Part shown: one piece after another, positions 63,242 to 64,000 of the stretch
How positions within the stretch are numbered: position 1 is the stretch's first letter
How the letters are laid out: the number at the start of each line of letters is the position of its first letter
Source of the DNA: Caecitellus pseudoparvulus
Lineage: Eukaryota > Protista > Bigyra: Bicosoecida
NCBI GenBank assembly: GCA_965644315.1
Contig: CBFFRQ010000078.1
Span: forward strand, 186,001-250,000
DNA length: 64,000 nt
Direction of reading: 5' to 3'
Program-made: the position numbers and the translations under genes
The notes under the pieces: model-generated
Seen by the model: only the letters and a program-made list of their open reading frames with translations
Database searches by the model: none
What the model was told of the DNA's origin: nothing

Positions 63242-64000
63242 GCTTGGGGCTGGATCTGTGGATAAAAGGGGGCAGGGGCAGCTGTGGGATCTTGCAGCGT
63301 GCAGCTGCAGGACGTCTCGGCAAAGCGCTGTGGTTCAGTAGCCCGGCTGCGGAAAATGACAGTCCCAGCGCGCAAGCTTCAAGCGAAGGGGAGCAAGCAC
63401 AGCCACACCCTTGAGACCGAACGCTGCAAAGAGAGCCACCAAATACTTGCCTCTAAAATGCCTGAGGATCTAGACGCTCGATGACGCCACCGATGCAGCG
63501 GAGCGCCTCCCCGGGCGCGCGTGCACCTTGGCGAAGCACTGGCTGCGTGAGCCGCACGAGAGCCTGGCCTGGACACGAGCAGTCTAAAGCAGGCAAGGAA
63601 ACCTTGGCCTGGCCTTGTGTGGCCTGCGACGTGTGGGTGTACAGCGCTTTTCTTTTGATCATCCGAGGGTCTGCAGTTCTGCAGTGCTCCAAAAGGCGCA
63701 AGAAGGGGACCACTGACAAGATATCTTTTTTTGGCTCAGGCGAAGACGCAGTTGGCTTTCGCCTATCGTGAACATGCACGCCCACACGTTTCCGGAAAGT
63801 GGTGCAAAATGAGGGCCCCTATTCCACAACATACTGCGCTTGCTGGCGCAGCAAGTCAAAACGTGTCCACCGGCATGTGTTTGTGTTTGGGCCCCGCAGC
63901 AAACAACAGCCAGCAGGCAAAATCAAACCCTCGACGGAACGCCTCAACACACAGGCAGAAAGCTGCTCAACGGAGCACTGACAGCGTGAATCGAGATGGA

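Noticed and set aside
1-64000. Mobile elements, endogenous virophage/viral genes, tRNAs
   Set aside because: No transposase, integrase, reverse transcriptase, capsid, terminal repeats, large AT-rich insert or tRNA cloverleaf was seen. PrimPol here has the cellular architecture and sits among intron-containing host genes.

Overview
Gene-dense, GC-rich eukaryotic nuclear DNA from a flagellated protist. Short GT-AG introns, a complex I gamma-CA-like gene and the gene content fit a stramenopile such as a bicosoecid, but the taxonomy is inference only. About 27 protein-coding genes are present, many with 61-107 nt introns that I reconstructed by hand, plus a tandem array of seven 5S rRNA genes (~503 bp unit, 8179-11462). 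Recognisable genes: gamma-CA-like, WD40/EF-hand protein, CBS protein, GPI8, MCU, a double-TatD nuclease, PrimPol, ZSWIM7/SWS1, epoxide hydrolase, GT4 glycosyltransferase, CKK-domain protein, RPL24, RLP24, SPEF1, beta-hydroxyacid dehydrogenase, XMAP215/ch-TOG, DOT1-like methyltransferase, RPL14, eEF2 and a TPR-DNAJC8-like protein. The most notable observations are: (1) a TatD-TatD fusion carrying a ubiquitin-interacting motif, packed with PrimPol and SWS1 into a possible replication-stress gene cluster; (2) RPL24 head-to-head with its biogenesis placeholder paralog RLP24; (3) a protein built from two copies of an unrecognised ~200 aa domain; (4) a recurring non-coding TGCAATGCA motif; (5) a conserved hairpin and partial higher-order periodicity in the 5S spacers. 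No database searches were run, so all novelty claims are untested.
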